In this document: piece after piece, positions 1 through 11,490 of the stretch | Layout: the number at the start of each line of letters is the position of its first letter | Position numbering within the stretch: position 1 is the stretch's first letter | Origin: Amphiscolops sp. MND2022 | Lineage: Eukaryota | Length of the DNA: 64,000 nucleotides | Direction: 5' to 3' | Assembly (NCBI GenBank): GCA_964187785.1 | Contig: OZ076409.1 | Coordinates: 61,506,001 to 61,570,000 of the forward strand | Translations under genes and position numbers: made by a program | Notes under the pieces: model-generated | Database searches by the model: none | Told to the model about the DNA's origin: nothing | What the model saw: only the letters and a program-made list of their open reading frames with translations

Positions 1-105
1 AATAAACCAGCGACCATTCTCCAGACGGTGCAAACGGCACTCGGTTGCAAGTTTCGCATTCATCTTTCAAACACGTCTCCAGCGCATACCCATTCACAAC
101 CATGT
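1..105 (-). CDS. Host gene exon (truncated by window edge): C-terminal half of an F-type lectin/discoidin-like domain
   Basis: Minus-strand acceptor TTTTTAG ends at 106. Phase-1 translation (D)MVVNGYALETCLKDECETCNRVPFAPSGEWSLVY is clearly paralogous to the 56232-56423 exon (DMRPDYYALEICDIDSCNNCDAIQIPGPDEEWSEVKC). Confidence 0.75.
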
Positions 106-1082
106 CTAAAAATCTTTGCTGCAATTTTTTGGACTGCAGCCCTCCTACTAGTCTTTGCAAAAGTCCCTACTTAAGCTCTCAATTCTGATGAACGTATCAT
201 TTTTTCTACATAATACCCCGTTTTTAGCCGATTCTGTCATCACAAATTGATATTTCATTTCGAGTCAAGATTATTCTTGTATAATGGCTGTTTTGATGAG
301 ATCTCATTAACAGCACATGACAACTGGCCTATCAGTTCTCAATTTTCCTCATTAGTCGGCGCATTTCGTAAGAAAATGAGCCCGATTGTAACAGTAACTA
401 GTTTTTAGTCGGTGCTTTTTGTGAAACAAAAATTCCCGACTCTTACAGTAACCTAGTTTTCTTCACACCACATACCTGACACTTTTTACAGAATTTCTAG
501 AGGCCTTGCTACCTTACTAGAAAGCAATATCGGGGGCCTTCAAAGGGTGCCCTTTGGGTACCATAGTTTTAATTTTTGAAGCTTTTTCTTATAGCAGTTT
601 CGTATCACTGTTTTTTCCGGCATTACGAGACTTTTTCTCCAAATTGTTTTGTTTTGTCGCCAGAGGGTCCTCTCTTTGGCCATATTGAATTTTTGCACCC
701 AACTGGATGATAAAAAAGCCCTAAGGTTTTTTGCGCTTTTTGGCACAGTGAGGCGTTCTTCGAAATTTGTTTTGATCCTGTGGCACTGATGATTGTTGAA
801 AACATCTACGGTTTTTTCGACACTGTGCGACTATTTCTTCAAAACAATTTCCAAAGGCTAACCCCTTTCACCTTGATGAAAGTTTCCGGTCTGAAAAAAG
901 CGTTTGGCGAGCGTAAAGCTTCCTTTTCGGCACTATGAGACTTTTGTCGGTAAAACATTTTTCGAAACAAGATGTTTTTGATGTTTCAAGTTGAAGAAAA
1001 GCGGTGTTCGAATCTTATGCGTATCTCTTCTGGTAATTTAGGCACTTTAAATTTGATGAACGTTTGTCCCTTGCATATTTAA

Positions 1083-1460
1083 ACAAGCCGGGAACGGCCC
1101 AAGTCGGCGCCATATCTAAGGCTCAAAAAGACTCGAAAACCACTTTTTCTACAACTGGAGACAACAAAAGCTCTCAAAAAACTAAAAATTGAGAAAAAAA
1201 ATTCCGAATTCTTTTTTGAAATTTTTTTTGAAGTTTCCGGTAAGTCGCATAGTGCCGAAAAATGTAAAAGGGGGGGACACTTTTTAGCTCATGTTAGACG
1301 CTTTGGATGCGTTGAAAATGAAGTACTAAGTACATATGGTAAAAGTTGGTAAATGTGCATTAATTGGATTAATGCACAAAAAGTGGACGTTACGCGTTGA
1401 ACTGACGAAAAAAAACTAGCCACTGTAAGAGTCGGGATTTTCTTCGAAAACGCCGACTAA
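1083..1460 (+). mobile_element. Short non-autonomous interspersed repeat, Helentron/HINE (DINE-1)-like
   Basis: Starts ACAAGCCGGGAACGG; subterminal inverted repeats AGTCGGCG (1102-1109) / CGCCGACT (1451-1458); A/T-run flanks. Related starts at ~15342, ~30978, ~31220, ~55817; related ends at ~352-460 (minus) and ~31724-31762. Confidence 0.5.
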
Positions 1461-2358
1461 AAACCTTATTCTTTTGCAACACTGAAAATTTTCCACTTTT
1501 CAACAGAGAGAGTTTAACACCGCCACTTTGCTCACACCGCCAGTTTGTTGACACCGCCAGTAATTAGAACGCGCGTTTCCCGAGCAGACGGGAACTAAAT
1601 ATCTCGGAATCTGCCGAGGACTAAATACCTTCTTGCAAACTGTTAACGTGTCGAAGTGTCCCCCTTCCGGGTTTTCTTCGGCACTCTTTGACTTTTGGAA
1701 AAATTTATAATTCACCCAAATGTTCCTCTCCGGTTTTCCTCGTGTTTCAAAACGACGCTTTTCAAGCCTAAAAAGACCATCTTTGAGTTTTTCGACACTG
1801 TGCGACTTTTTTGAGATCTTTTGTGGAATCAATTCAGAGATTTTGTGATTTAAAATAAAACCATTTGTTGAGGCCTTAACATTTAATTTAAAAACTCCAG
1901 AGGCAATTCCTCAACGCTTTTAGAGAATTATGTAGTCGGCCTGACTATCCAAACAGTCAAGACAGAATAATTAGCTACCAAGCAAACTTTCTATCGAAAA
2001 ATTCAAGTTTTGTAAACAAAAAGAAAGTGCATCAGAGAAACCATAAAACCCCCGAAAATGAAATAATTTTGAAAAGTGTATTACTTCTTTGTACTGTATT
2101 GACTAAGTTCGAACCTTGAAAATGGATTTCGTTAAAGTAGTCGAGGACGAAAAAGTCTCCGTTGCTCAGCAAGAAGTCCTCGATCATGTCTGACAAATAA
2201 GAAGTAGTGTTTTTTGGATCGGGGGAGCAAGCCTAAGCGGGTTTTCTGAGGAACATGCCAGAAACTAGGATACCCAGTGTTCGAAGCCATGGAACCCTTG
2301 CCATGATCATGGTAAATCTTGCTATATCATGGTTAACCATGGTACCCTTGTCAAGATC

Positions 2359-3202
2359 CGTAAAGCGACAATTCGTCCCAAGCGACGATTCGTCCCAAGT
2401 GACAATTCGTCCCAAATTCCAAAAAGCGACAATTCGTCCCAAGCGACAATTCGTCCCATTTTGAAAAGGCGACAATTCGTCCTAATTAATAAAAGCTGCA
2501 ATTTGTCGCCAATTTAATTGCCAATAAAGACCTTTGTAATAAGAAGAAGAAAACTTAAATTATCATTTGTTACTCACTCGGGTGTACAAATTACAAACTT
2601 TGATTACAGCGATAACAGTCGGTAATGGTTTTACAAAACGTAGCAAGTTTAGAAAGTTTTAAGGGACAAGTTTGATTCATCAGCTGGTCAAAATTTAAAA
2701 TGTTAGGGTAGTTCAGGAAATATTCATCTGAATATTTGGCACGCTGTTCTTTCAGTTTACTGCAACCTAGCAATAAATGGTATTCATCCGCAAGAGTCGC
2801 GGTTTTACAGAGAGTACAAAAGTTATTATAATCAGATGTGAATTTGATTTGAATAAATATTAATCCAGAAAGATTACAATTAGAGGCAGGTGCCAGCAAT
2901 TAATTTAAACATTCCACGACTAGTACGTTAAAATGCGACATTTTCTAATTATTCTCACAAGGTTGAATGAATTCAGTTGTAGGTGGTTTGATTATTTCTT
3001 TCATTTCAACCTTGAAAAGTTTGGTAATTAGCTGATCAATTAAACAATTTGGGACGAATTGTCGATTTTTACAAATGGGACGAATTGTCGCCTTTTCAAA
3101 ATGGGACGAATTGACGCTTGGGACGAATTGTCGCTTTTTGGAATTTGGGACGAATTGTCGCTTGGGACGAATCGTCGCTTGGGACGAATTGTCGTCCAAC
3201 CG
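2359..3202. mobile_element. Nested non-autonomous DNA transposon with subterminal CGACAATTCGTCCC arrays and 8-bp TSD
   Basis: TCAAGATC duplicated at 2351-2358 and 3203-3210. Left arm has tandem CGACAATTCGTCCC (2366-2483); right arm has the reverse complement GGGACGAATTGTCG (3050-3194). Confidence 0.8.
2591..2890 (-). pseudogene. 3' fragment of non-LTR retrotransposon ORF2 (RTE-X/CR1-like C-terminal CCHC zinc finger)
   Basis: CTLCKTATLADEYHLLLGC matches the C-x2-C-x(n)-DExH-x4-C motif typical of LINE ORF2 C-termini. Confidence 0.6.
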
Positions 3203-5552
3203 TCAAGATCATGGGAAATCATGATACATGGAACGCTTGTCAAGATCATGGCAATATCATGGCAAGATCTTGACAAGATAACCATGGTTAAGACATGTAA
3301 GCTAGTATTAATTGTGCATAATTTATTCTTTTCGCAAAAATTCCTTGTCGTATGCAATTTCTAAATTAGCCATTGTAATAATTTCGGACATAACATTTAT
3401 TGATCGAAAATAGTTTCTTAATTGAAAATTATCCAAAACTTGCTCAACAATTTGCTGCACCTATTGACCGAGTTTTGTTACTTGAGAGCACGTCATTGTT
3501 ACTTTTATCATGAATTATCATACAAAGCAAACTCCGAATCAAGTTATTGCAACTTGCGGGTTTGCGATATCGGTGTGGAAACCAACTTTTCTAGCTATGA
3601 ATTGTTTACAATTATGCAAATCATGCTATTACCTCATCTATAGAGGTAACGGGCTCTAATTACTGAAGTTCGAGAACGCAATAAAAACTTAAAATGGTCG
3701 GAGCAAAAACATTTTTCCTTTAATGTTTTGAATATCAGTTTTTCGTCTGTTTAAATCTATATATGTCTGTTTTTTTGGTTCGAATAAAATTTTAAAAACT
3801 AGTTATAATTTGAAAATAAGGGCTCTCATTTTTCCAAAAGTTTCGAAAATGGTACCATGGAACCCTTGCCAAGATCATGGTTAATCGTGGTTAGCCTTTG
3901 CACGATCTTGCATGGCCATGGTATCCTTGCCAAGATCATGGCAAGATCATGGCAAGATCTTGGCAAGGCTAGCAAGGAACTTGCCATGGATCTTGGCAAG
4001 GGTACCATGGCTTCGAACACTGGGTAGTAATTTGCATTCTGGAGAACACCTTTTTCCAAGATTAAAAATTGAGGTTTTCTGAAACGGTTCTCTGATAGGT
4101 TCATATATGGTGTTCAGAATTTATTGGTGTTCAGAATTTATCCACAAGGTAAACGTTTTCGATTTTTTCCGCTGCAAAATATTTATTCAGGTAGGTCTAA
4201 TATTTCTGGAAAAAACTGAAAAACTAACTATAAAAACATAGGCGCAAAGAAGTTTTGCGCAAGGCTCAGGTTAAACATGGGCCCACATTTGCTTAACAGA
4301 TACAGCTAACAGCGGCGAGATATGCGAGACGGTTGAAATCGTGAAACAATAATAAAGAGGGTGAATAAAATTACAACAATTTTTCAGAAATTAAAGGCTA
4401 AATTCTCCGTAATAGAAAGTCCTCTAGAGAAATAAAATACATGATAATCGCAACATATTTCAGTTTCGGTTTTTCGGAGCATTGATTCCCGTAACTCTTG
4501 GGGCATTGGGATACCTTTTTAAAAGATTAGTTTTGCTCCCAGTACTTTTGAAAAAAATTTGAAATTATCCTTAAAACTATCTGCCATTTCCTTTGTACCA
4601 GACACTTTTTTGAAGACATAAGCTACATGCTTTTTTTGACTCCTGAAACGAAACGATGCCTTGTTGAAGCATTAACTCCACAGAAAATTTTGAGTGGAAA
4701 TTTTGCGAAAGTTTTTCAAAACTTAACAGCCAATTTCACCGTATCTGAAAATTTTCTCAAAACACAAGTTACATTAAAATTCGCAGGATGTCTTGTTCCT
4801 TCGATTCATATAATTTTCACATATATTATATATATATATGGAACGTGTTCCGATTAATGCGCTTCGAGATATAACGCTACGAAGAAAAACAACGAAGAGG
4901 GGTGTCACACTTTCAGACAGGAAGAAAAAACAGGCAGCTCGTTCAAATTGCAATGCGAATCACAAAAATTTTATTGAGGCGGTTTTTTGGACTTGATGTG
5001 GTCTTTTTCTAAACGAAATTTTTATCCTTTTGTGTGTCATGTTGTCGTACTATTCAAAAAATGTTGGGACTTAAGTGCGGTTCATTGAAACTTCAGACAT
5101 TCAGACACTGTTCCGTTTCAGTCATTTTCCTACATACTGATACCGTTTATATTTTTTCAATTTTGAAAAAGTACTGCTGCACGAAGGAAGTCTCTACATA
5201 ACGTTGAACGAAATGCTTTCACTTGGTTAAAACCCATTGTTTTGATACTGAATAACTGCAAGTCGAAGGCAAAAACACATTGTTCCTCATTGAAAAAATA
5301 TTCAATCGTGTGATTCTCAGGGAAGACTTTTTTGTGTTCCTCGCTTAAAAGAAGTCAATCTCCGGAATAGTTTCCTCTCGCTGTACTGAAGATCTAGATT
5401 TTTGTGTCAAACGTAGCTCTCGAGGGCTTGAGGCTCCAAAAACAGTTTTACCCACTCTCCCTTCTTATTGGAAACTGCTTTCGTTTTGAAACAAAGTTCT
5501 ATGTTTTAATATCCAATTCCGTTATCTACTTCAACTTTCATCAATGAGCTTA

Positions 5553-7563
5553 TGTGGAAATTTTAGCTTTTGGCGTCCACGAAAGCCCATTGCTTTTGCG
5601 CGAAGTACATACGATAGGCAGAACTATGTTAATCACGTTTTAAAACCCCGGAATGGTGAAAACAGCTGAAAAGGCGAAGTAGGCGTATTTCGTTATTGCT
5701 TTTGGTATACGAATAATAGAAAGAGTAAATTTGATTGTTTGAGCGAAGTAGAAATCGATGTCAACAACGAAACGATTCGAATTGACTAAGTCAGAGTTGA
5801 TCACGGAGAGCGAATTTTGCTAAGTCCCACTTTTGGTCGAAATTATTCTAAGATACACTAGAAAAAACCAATCGTCACAAACGTGGAAACCCCCCCCCAA
5901 ACGGTGTTTCTCAAAGACTATTAATCGTAGAGACCTGAAGTTTGGCACACGTATACCTGAGCTGTTATGCCACTCGCCTATAAAAATGGAACCGAGCCGA
6001 GACCCCCCAGTCCCGGGCTATTAACAATGGAAGTGACCTAGGTCGACCCCCCTACGAACTCATCGGTCAAGCACGGAATAAGTCGTATAACATATGGAAT
6101 GGATAGCCCATATGATATTAAGCCGTTTGCGCATATTTTCGGAACCCTATTGTGTAGGAGGAGCACGGACCCTATGTAAATAAACCCTGAATGTTATGTA
6201 AATAGCCACCAGTTGACCCGAAGATCATGAAACTTGCCTAAGATGTTCACCTAGTACCCCAAAGTAATATACATGAAAGATACATTGATCGACCCACCAC
6301 GCGCGGAGTAATGTTTGTTTAAGGCACGCGGGACCGGACGCGCGGGCCCGACCGACAATAGACATTTGACCTTGGCTTGTAATATCTCAAACGAACCGGA
6401 ATGATCAATGTAGTCGATTTTTAATGTGAGTGAAACCGTATTTACAACCCACGCGGGGGTAACCACTTTAAGTAAACAAACGATACGCATATCATGTAAC
6501 TCAGGAACCATTGACCCTAGGACGATATAACTTGGCATGTAGCGACATTAGATGAGGACTAATAACTTCAAGGTCATCGATGGACCTCAAGGTCATTTTA
6601 GATGCAACCCCGGAAGATATAGGAAAACGTACATTAAAACATGTAAACCAGCGTCTGTAAGTGATAATTTATGCATTTCAGTCAGGCGGAACGATTCGCG
6701 ATGTATTGCACCTAGGATGATTGAAAAGTACCCCTTACGTGCGTAGAACATGTAAACCATGTAGTTGAAGGTCATTGAGCGATTTCGTCGATGTTAAAAA
6801 TATCTCGGGAGACTTGAATTATTATTGAAATGTGAACTTTGTACAACCATTGTTGAAAAACTTGTCGTTGGCGGCAAGGTATGTTTAGTCGAAGTATAAT
6901 TAGACGCGTTCGTCATGCCATAAAAGGAATAGTAAACATGAAGGTAAACACACGCAATCTCAATTCGCCGACGCCCTGGATGTAACGAAAATGTCAAGTA
7001 TGATAGAAAGTGGAGATGAAACCACCCAAAACACGCGCGACGAACAAATATAATTGAGGCGGAATTGCAATATACTTGAATAGACAGAACCGAGTTAGAA
7101 AGTTGGGATCAAGTTGAGTCTCGCGGAGACAAGATACTTGTTCGGATTAACACTCGCGCTTCTCGACAACAGAGTTAGAGGTCTACCAGCAAGTTGAGCC
7201 GTGTGCGGGCAAGAAACTTGGCTAAGCTAAAGAACTCGTTCGTCGAAAAATAGAGTCAGAAATTGAACAAGTCCGGGACTTGTGATTGCACCGTTGACTG
7301 AATCGTGGATTTCAATCTCAACTAGTTGTTATATTGATTTGATAATTATTAAAGAGACTGTCTAGTTATCGCTATTAAAAGTAATTGGATTATTGAATAT
7401 CTCTTTTTGTGATCAATTGAGTGGAGCCGAAGAGCATTGTTTGGAGAGAGAAATTGACAGTAACAACAAAAGAATCAGCTAACTCACTAAAACAACCTTT
7501 TTGTCTGTTAAGCTTCCGATCGGAGGTAAAACTCTCTCCAAGCCCCGAATTGGATTTTTTACA
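5553..7563 (+). repeat. 5' LTR of element A (2011 bp)
   Basis: TGTGGAAATT...TTTTACA; direct repeat of 12155-14156. Confidence 0.92.
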
Positions 7564-7564
7564 G

Positions 7565-7581
7565 TGGCGCTCCTGGGTGGG
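7565..7581 (+). promoter_or_regulatory. Primer binding site, probably tRNA-Asn
   Basis: TGGCGCTCCTGGGTGGG one base after the LTR. Its reverse complement CCCACCCAGGAGCGCCA resembles the metazoan tRNA-Asn 3' end (CCCACCCAGGGACGCCA). Confidence 0.65.
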
Positions 7582-7676
7582 CAACCCTTTTCTTTTTGGA
7601 TGATACTGTGGACGTTTGTCGTTTGTGGACACTGCTAGAGTGAACAGTGGATTTTGCAGAGTTATCAATTTGAGAG

Positions 7677-10292
7677 ATGAATCTTGACGAAAGAGATCCA
7701 TGGAGTGACCCAGTGGATGTGGAAACGTTCCCTAGCAGCGAAGCACCCTGTTGGAGATGGTGGCTATTGAAATTCTTGAGCACGGCCGATCAGTTGAAAT
7801 GGAACTACCAGAAGTGTTGCCAGAAGATATCTGAATCTCTCGTGGCAGCTGTGTTCAATGCCTTTTTGGAAGCCAAGCTGTCTGTTGAAGTGGAAACAGG
7901 TGACCCCAGTGTAATTGACGTTTTGAGCAGATTATTAGCAGTGATTGGATTTACGCAAATGGAAAACCTGGAAGAAATATTTCTTCATCAGACTCAGCAG
8001 AGGGCGGATGAAAATATTTTTGTTTATGCTCGACGAGTGGGCGCGATCAAAACACTCGCTTTGAAAGAAAGGGGTAATGAGTACTGGGTTGCAATTTGTG
8101 CCTCGGGCCTGAATGACAAGTGTCTCCGAGACGTCGCAGAACAACCCGGGATTGCTGCCTCTATTGGCCGCGAGTTGGAACCCCAAGACAGTTTTGTGAG
8201 TCAATTGGATGTGTTGTGGAGCAAAATGCATCAAGTTCGACTTTTTGACGCTGAGGCACAAGCTCACGAAGAGGAGTTGACAACGGACCAAGAACACAGT
8301 AGAGTGGTCCAGGGGGACGAACGTTTCCAAAATTTCAGACTCCTAACGAAGGAGAAGCAGACGGGAAACGTTGCTGACGCGAAGGGTTCCAATGCCGCCC
8401 AATGTGAGAACGAAGAAACGAAATCAAAGAGCATTGCGCACACAAACACTGGACGTGTGGCGAGGTCAACAACAGCGTGGAAAGCATCATATTGGGGCTG
8501 TGAAGACAGTGATTATGATAGCGGCGACCCCGTGGGAGAGCAAGAAGTTATTGCGCACTGGCAGCACCCGCAGAGAGACTCTTGGAGCGAATGCAGTGGT
8601 GAAGAAGAGTGGTCAGATGAAGAGAACGGTGAACTGTGGAGTACATTGGATAGTGACGATGACAATCATTGTCCGTACGAACCACTGACACTAGAAGAAG
8701 CCCTCACACAGATTGAAGACGGAAGGAAAGCACGACATACAGTTGGAAGGTCAGAGGACGGTATCTTGCGAACATCGAGATGCTATGTGATGTCAAGTCC
8801 AGCAGTTGCCGAGTGGGTTGCTGACGACATGGAGTATTTGCCGACCTTTGAGGTAGAGTCAGGTGAAATCAAGGTTGCAGCCGCCTGTTTAGAGTACTGG
8901 ATCCAGCTGTATGACCAACGATCTCCTGTACTCGAAGAGAGGGACTTCAAGGCTAAAAGTGTTGCCGTCCATTTGAGAAAGGAAGCAGTGTATATAGAGA
9001 CAAAAGGGATGCAGGTCATCACAGAGGAAGCGAATCGAGCGGAGATGACACTGGAGAGGTGCTCCACTCTTGCGCTCCGGCCAAGTGCGGTCGAAGTTGG
9101 AATGGGACAGACTCCCTATCAAAGTGCTTACCATGTTGGGAAGCTGGTGTCAGAACTCTCTTTTGTGAAAGTGCCGAGAGTACATCAGAGTAGGCAGTCC
9201 TGGGAGTGGATGATCAAGTTTGACCAGGGTGGACCATTGGGTGAAATCCGAACCACCGCTCGCAATCAGAGTCAAATGAAGCAACAACCTTGGGTTTCAA
9301 GAGATGTGAAACACGCACTGTCTCGGCTAAAACCAGAATTATTGAGATTGAACGGACAAGACGAACCAGCAAGGGTTGAGTTGCAAGTGGCAAGTGATAC
9401 TGATATCTCGAAGAGACAACCGATACCAGTTTCATGGTGGTTGTTGGCCGCTTGGAATTTAATGATGGCACGTTTGCTGAACTTGGGCAGTCATACTCTG
9501 TTCAACAAGTCATCGACTCCCGTCGCAATTTTCAGCTCAACGTCTCTGTCGTTATCGGAGCGATGGAGACCAGGTCAGCTTCAGCTACGTGAAGAAAGCT
9601 CGTTGTCGAGGGACGACGACCCTCTCGATCAAAACTATGGGCGAACTGCCCACGGCCAATGCGACAAGAAACTCACGTTTTTTGAGTTCAGTGATCGTAG
9701 TTGGATCCGTTGGAAAGTGGTAACTGAAATTGGACGAAGCTCAGAGAATGCCTCGAAAGTGCAGAATGCTGTGTGGGATGCAGATGCAAGAGCAATGAAC
9801 GATTTCAACACTGAAGTGAAATTGTTGCGACCGGAATCCGAACTAGTGGATCATGTAACCGTAAAGTTAGCACAAATTTGGTGGAGATCGATGCAGAGCA
9901 AGGTGACAAACTCAACCACCCAAGATAAACCAAAGTCACTGAGAGGCTATGACGGACAGAATTGGGTTTGGGACAGCGGCGGTGACGAGCAAATGAGGTT
10001 CCAGATGATGTCAACTGCAGAAGGGAAGTGTTGGCGAAAGTTGAACACCCGGGTGGACTTCATCAAGATGTCAGCTTCAAAACGGGCCTTGGGCACTGGA
10101 GAGATGAGCGGAGACGAGAAACAAGCTGTCGCTGTATCAAACTCTGTTTTGCAGTGCTGGGTCTGTCACAGGAAGCACGGGAGGTGGAAAGACGACATAC
10201 GCGTTCACAAGATGCTTAACCAAGGATGCGAAGATGTCAAACAAAAACTGGTGAAAAGAAGATTAGTTAATAATTACAAACCTCAAATTTAA
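7677..10292 (+). CDS. 871-aa Gag-like protein with long uncharacterised C-terminal extension
   Basis: Uninterrupted ORF right after the PBS. QQRADENIFVYARRV resembles the Gag major-homology-like Q-x3-E-x4-Y-x2-R motif; acidic Trp-rich middle; FDQGG/WDSGG motifs; no D(T/S)G protease, YxDD or DDE motifs recognised. Confidence 0.7.
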   Translation: MNLDERDPWSDPVDVETFPSSEAPCWRWWLLKFLSTADQLKWNYQKCCQKISESLVAAVFNAFLEAKLSVEVETGDPSVIDVLSRLLAVIGFTQMENLEEIFLHQTQQRADENIFVYARRVGAIKTLALKERGNEYWVAICASGLNDKCLRDVAEQPGIAASIGRELEPQDSFVSQLDVLWSKMHQVRLFDAEAQAHEEELTTDQEHSRVVQGDERFQNFRLLTKEKQTGNVADAKGSNAAQCENEETKSKSIAHTNTGRVARSTTAWKASYWGCEDSDYDSGDPVGEQEVIAHWQHPQRDSWSECSGEEEWSDEENGELWSTLDSDDDNHCPYEPLTLEEALTQIEDGRKARHTVGRSEDGILRTSRCYVMSSPAVAEWVADDMEYLPTFEVESGEIKVAAACLEYWIQLYDQRSPVLEERDFKAKSVAVHLRKEAVYIETKGMQVITEEANRAEMTLERCSTLALRPSAVEVGMGQTPYQSAYHVGKLVSELSFVKVPRVHQSRQSWEWMIKFDQGGPLGEIRTTARNQSQMKQQPWVSRDVKHALSRLKPELLRLNGQDEPARVELQVASDTDISKRQPIPVSWWLLAAWNLMMARLLNLGSHTLFNKSSTPVAIFSSTSLSLSERWRPGQLQLREESSLSRDDDPLDQNYGRTAHGQCDKKLTFFEFSDRSWIRWKVVTEIGRSSENASKVQNAVWDADARAMNDFNTEVKLLRPESELVDHVTVKLAQIWWRSMQSKVTNSTTQDKPKSLRGYDGQNWVWDSGGDEQMRFQMMSTAEGKCWRKLNTRVDFIKMSASKRALGTGEMSGDEKQAVAVSNSVLQCWVCHRKHGRWKDDIRVHKMLNQGCEDVKQKLVKRRLVNNYKPQI

Positions 10293-10835
10293 GTTTTTTT
10301 TGGCCAGATTATTATTTACCCGGATCCATATGACCAAAGTAGCTGAATTTCTGCATGGCATAGCATTTGTGTTTTTGGAGGAACGATGTTACAGTATTGA
10401 AGATACAATGTTTTCTGATCGCTGCCTAGAAATAAATGAAAAGTACTTGCAAAAGTTCGTGAATGGTCTTTGTTTTTTTCTCGAGGACCCAACCCAACAG
10501 ACTCTTTTATCTATACACGTTGAGATTACCCTTTTAACTTTTGTTCATCCTAAATTGAAGATCCTAACCTTTTTCTAGGGTGGTGCCCATGAACATACCC
10601 CCACCCTCTCTCTCATAGCCCCTACCCTAGTGCTACTCTCCTTATCGTTTATCACACCACAGATAGACCGCCCTAATCTAAACCGTTTCTCGAGCATTTA
10701 AAGTAGACTCGGCCGATTTATTCCACTGCGCAAATTCCAAAAAGAAAATTGCTAAAATTTATTTCTAGTAGGTAATAGGGATGAAGCGATGATTGATGAA
10801 ATTAGGATGAAAATGATAGTTTTTGTTTATTGAAA

Positions 10836-11132
10836 TTACGAGAGGAAGTCCGGGGGCGTCGTCTGCTTGAAAACGCGTCGGAGTTCTCGTCGAGCCAGCC
10901 GTATTCGGTAGACCTGCCCCTCGACCCTCTCTCCCGGGATGGTTAGACTTGAGAGAAAGAGGGTGAATTCTACCCATCCCGGCGACAGATACTTCAACGA
11001 TAGCTGTTCACCATCTTCCATCGAAATTCTTATATCGTGGCCCCCCTCTATAGTCATGAACCGGGTGGCAAACTCTCTGCGATAAAAAATAGAGTCCCAG
11101 GTTACTCGGATAGCAATGTTTTCGCGGATCAT
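10836..11132 (-). CDS. Small accessory ORF of element A (candidate member of the small-protein family shared with element B)
   Basis: ATG-initiated, 98 aa; IRVTW...IRISM...YLSPGWVEFTLFLSSL pattern resembles 11491-11784 and the element B ORFs. Confidence 0.45.
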   Translation of the reverse strand: MIRENIAIRVTWDSIFYRREFATRFMTIEGGHDIRISMEDGEQLSLKYLSPGWVEFTLFLSSLTIPGERVEGQVYRIRLARRELRRVFKQTTPPDFLS

Positions 11133-11221
11133 GTCCGATGCAAAGCTCGAGATTCAATATTGATAGCAAAAAGGATGAACCAGTAATGAAACTGTTAAAT
11201 GCGCTCGAATTTTGAACGATT

Positions 11222-11482
11222 CTAGCCTACAATGTCGATTTGATATAGAACTCGCAAGTATTTTCTGACCAACTCACAGCAAGATGTTATACAGTAAACA
11301 ACGTCGTGGGCGAGGCAAACACCAAAGGAAACACTTGTTTGTTCTCTAAATAGCTGTCGAAGCAGCCCGTCGAATGAATCCTCACGAGTATTAGAAATTT
11401 GAGTATAAGCATTTTTGTTGGTACGGATAGCAAGTAAAGTTTCGAGTTTGTTAAGTATCAGTAGAGACCGAATATTCGCCAT
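11222..11482 (-). CDS. Small hypothetical ORF in element A internal region
   Basis: ATG-initiated, 86 aa, head-to-head with 11491; no recognisable motif. Confidence 0.3.
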   Translation of the reverse strand: MANIRSLLILNKLETLLAIRTNKNAYTQISNTREDSFDGLLRQLFREQTSVSFGVCLAHDVVYCITSCCELVRKYLRVLYQIDIVG

Positions 11483-11490
11483 TTTGCTTT

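Larger units (their letters stand above)
2273..4024. mobile_element. Non-autonomous TIR DNA transposon (MITE-like) with TA target duplication
   Basis: TIR CCCAGTGTTCGAAGCCATGG (2273) / CCATGGCTTCGAACACTGGG (ends 4024); TA on both sides (2271-2272, 4025-4026); internal CAAGATCATGG-type repeats. Confidence 0.75.

Noticed and set aside
2233..3364. Repetitive ORFs (ATIRPKRQFVP…)
   Set aside because: Translations of the 14-17-bp subterminal repeats of the DNA transposon.
5310..5395. Additional host exon candidate on the minus strand
   Set aside because: Weak acceptor, short frame ending in a stop, no similarity to the lectin-like repeat; the 14278->105 join already completes the domain.
5833..7701. 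Short ORFs duplicated in both LTRs of element A (and similar ones in LTR B and the Polinton TIRs)
   Set aside because: Their duplication just reflects the repeats; no motifs or coding-like features.
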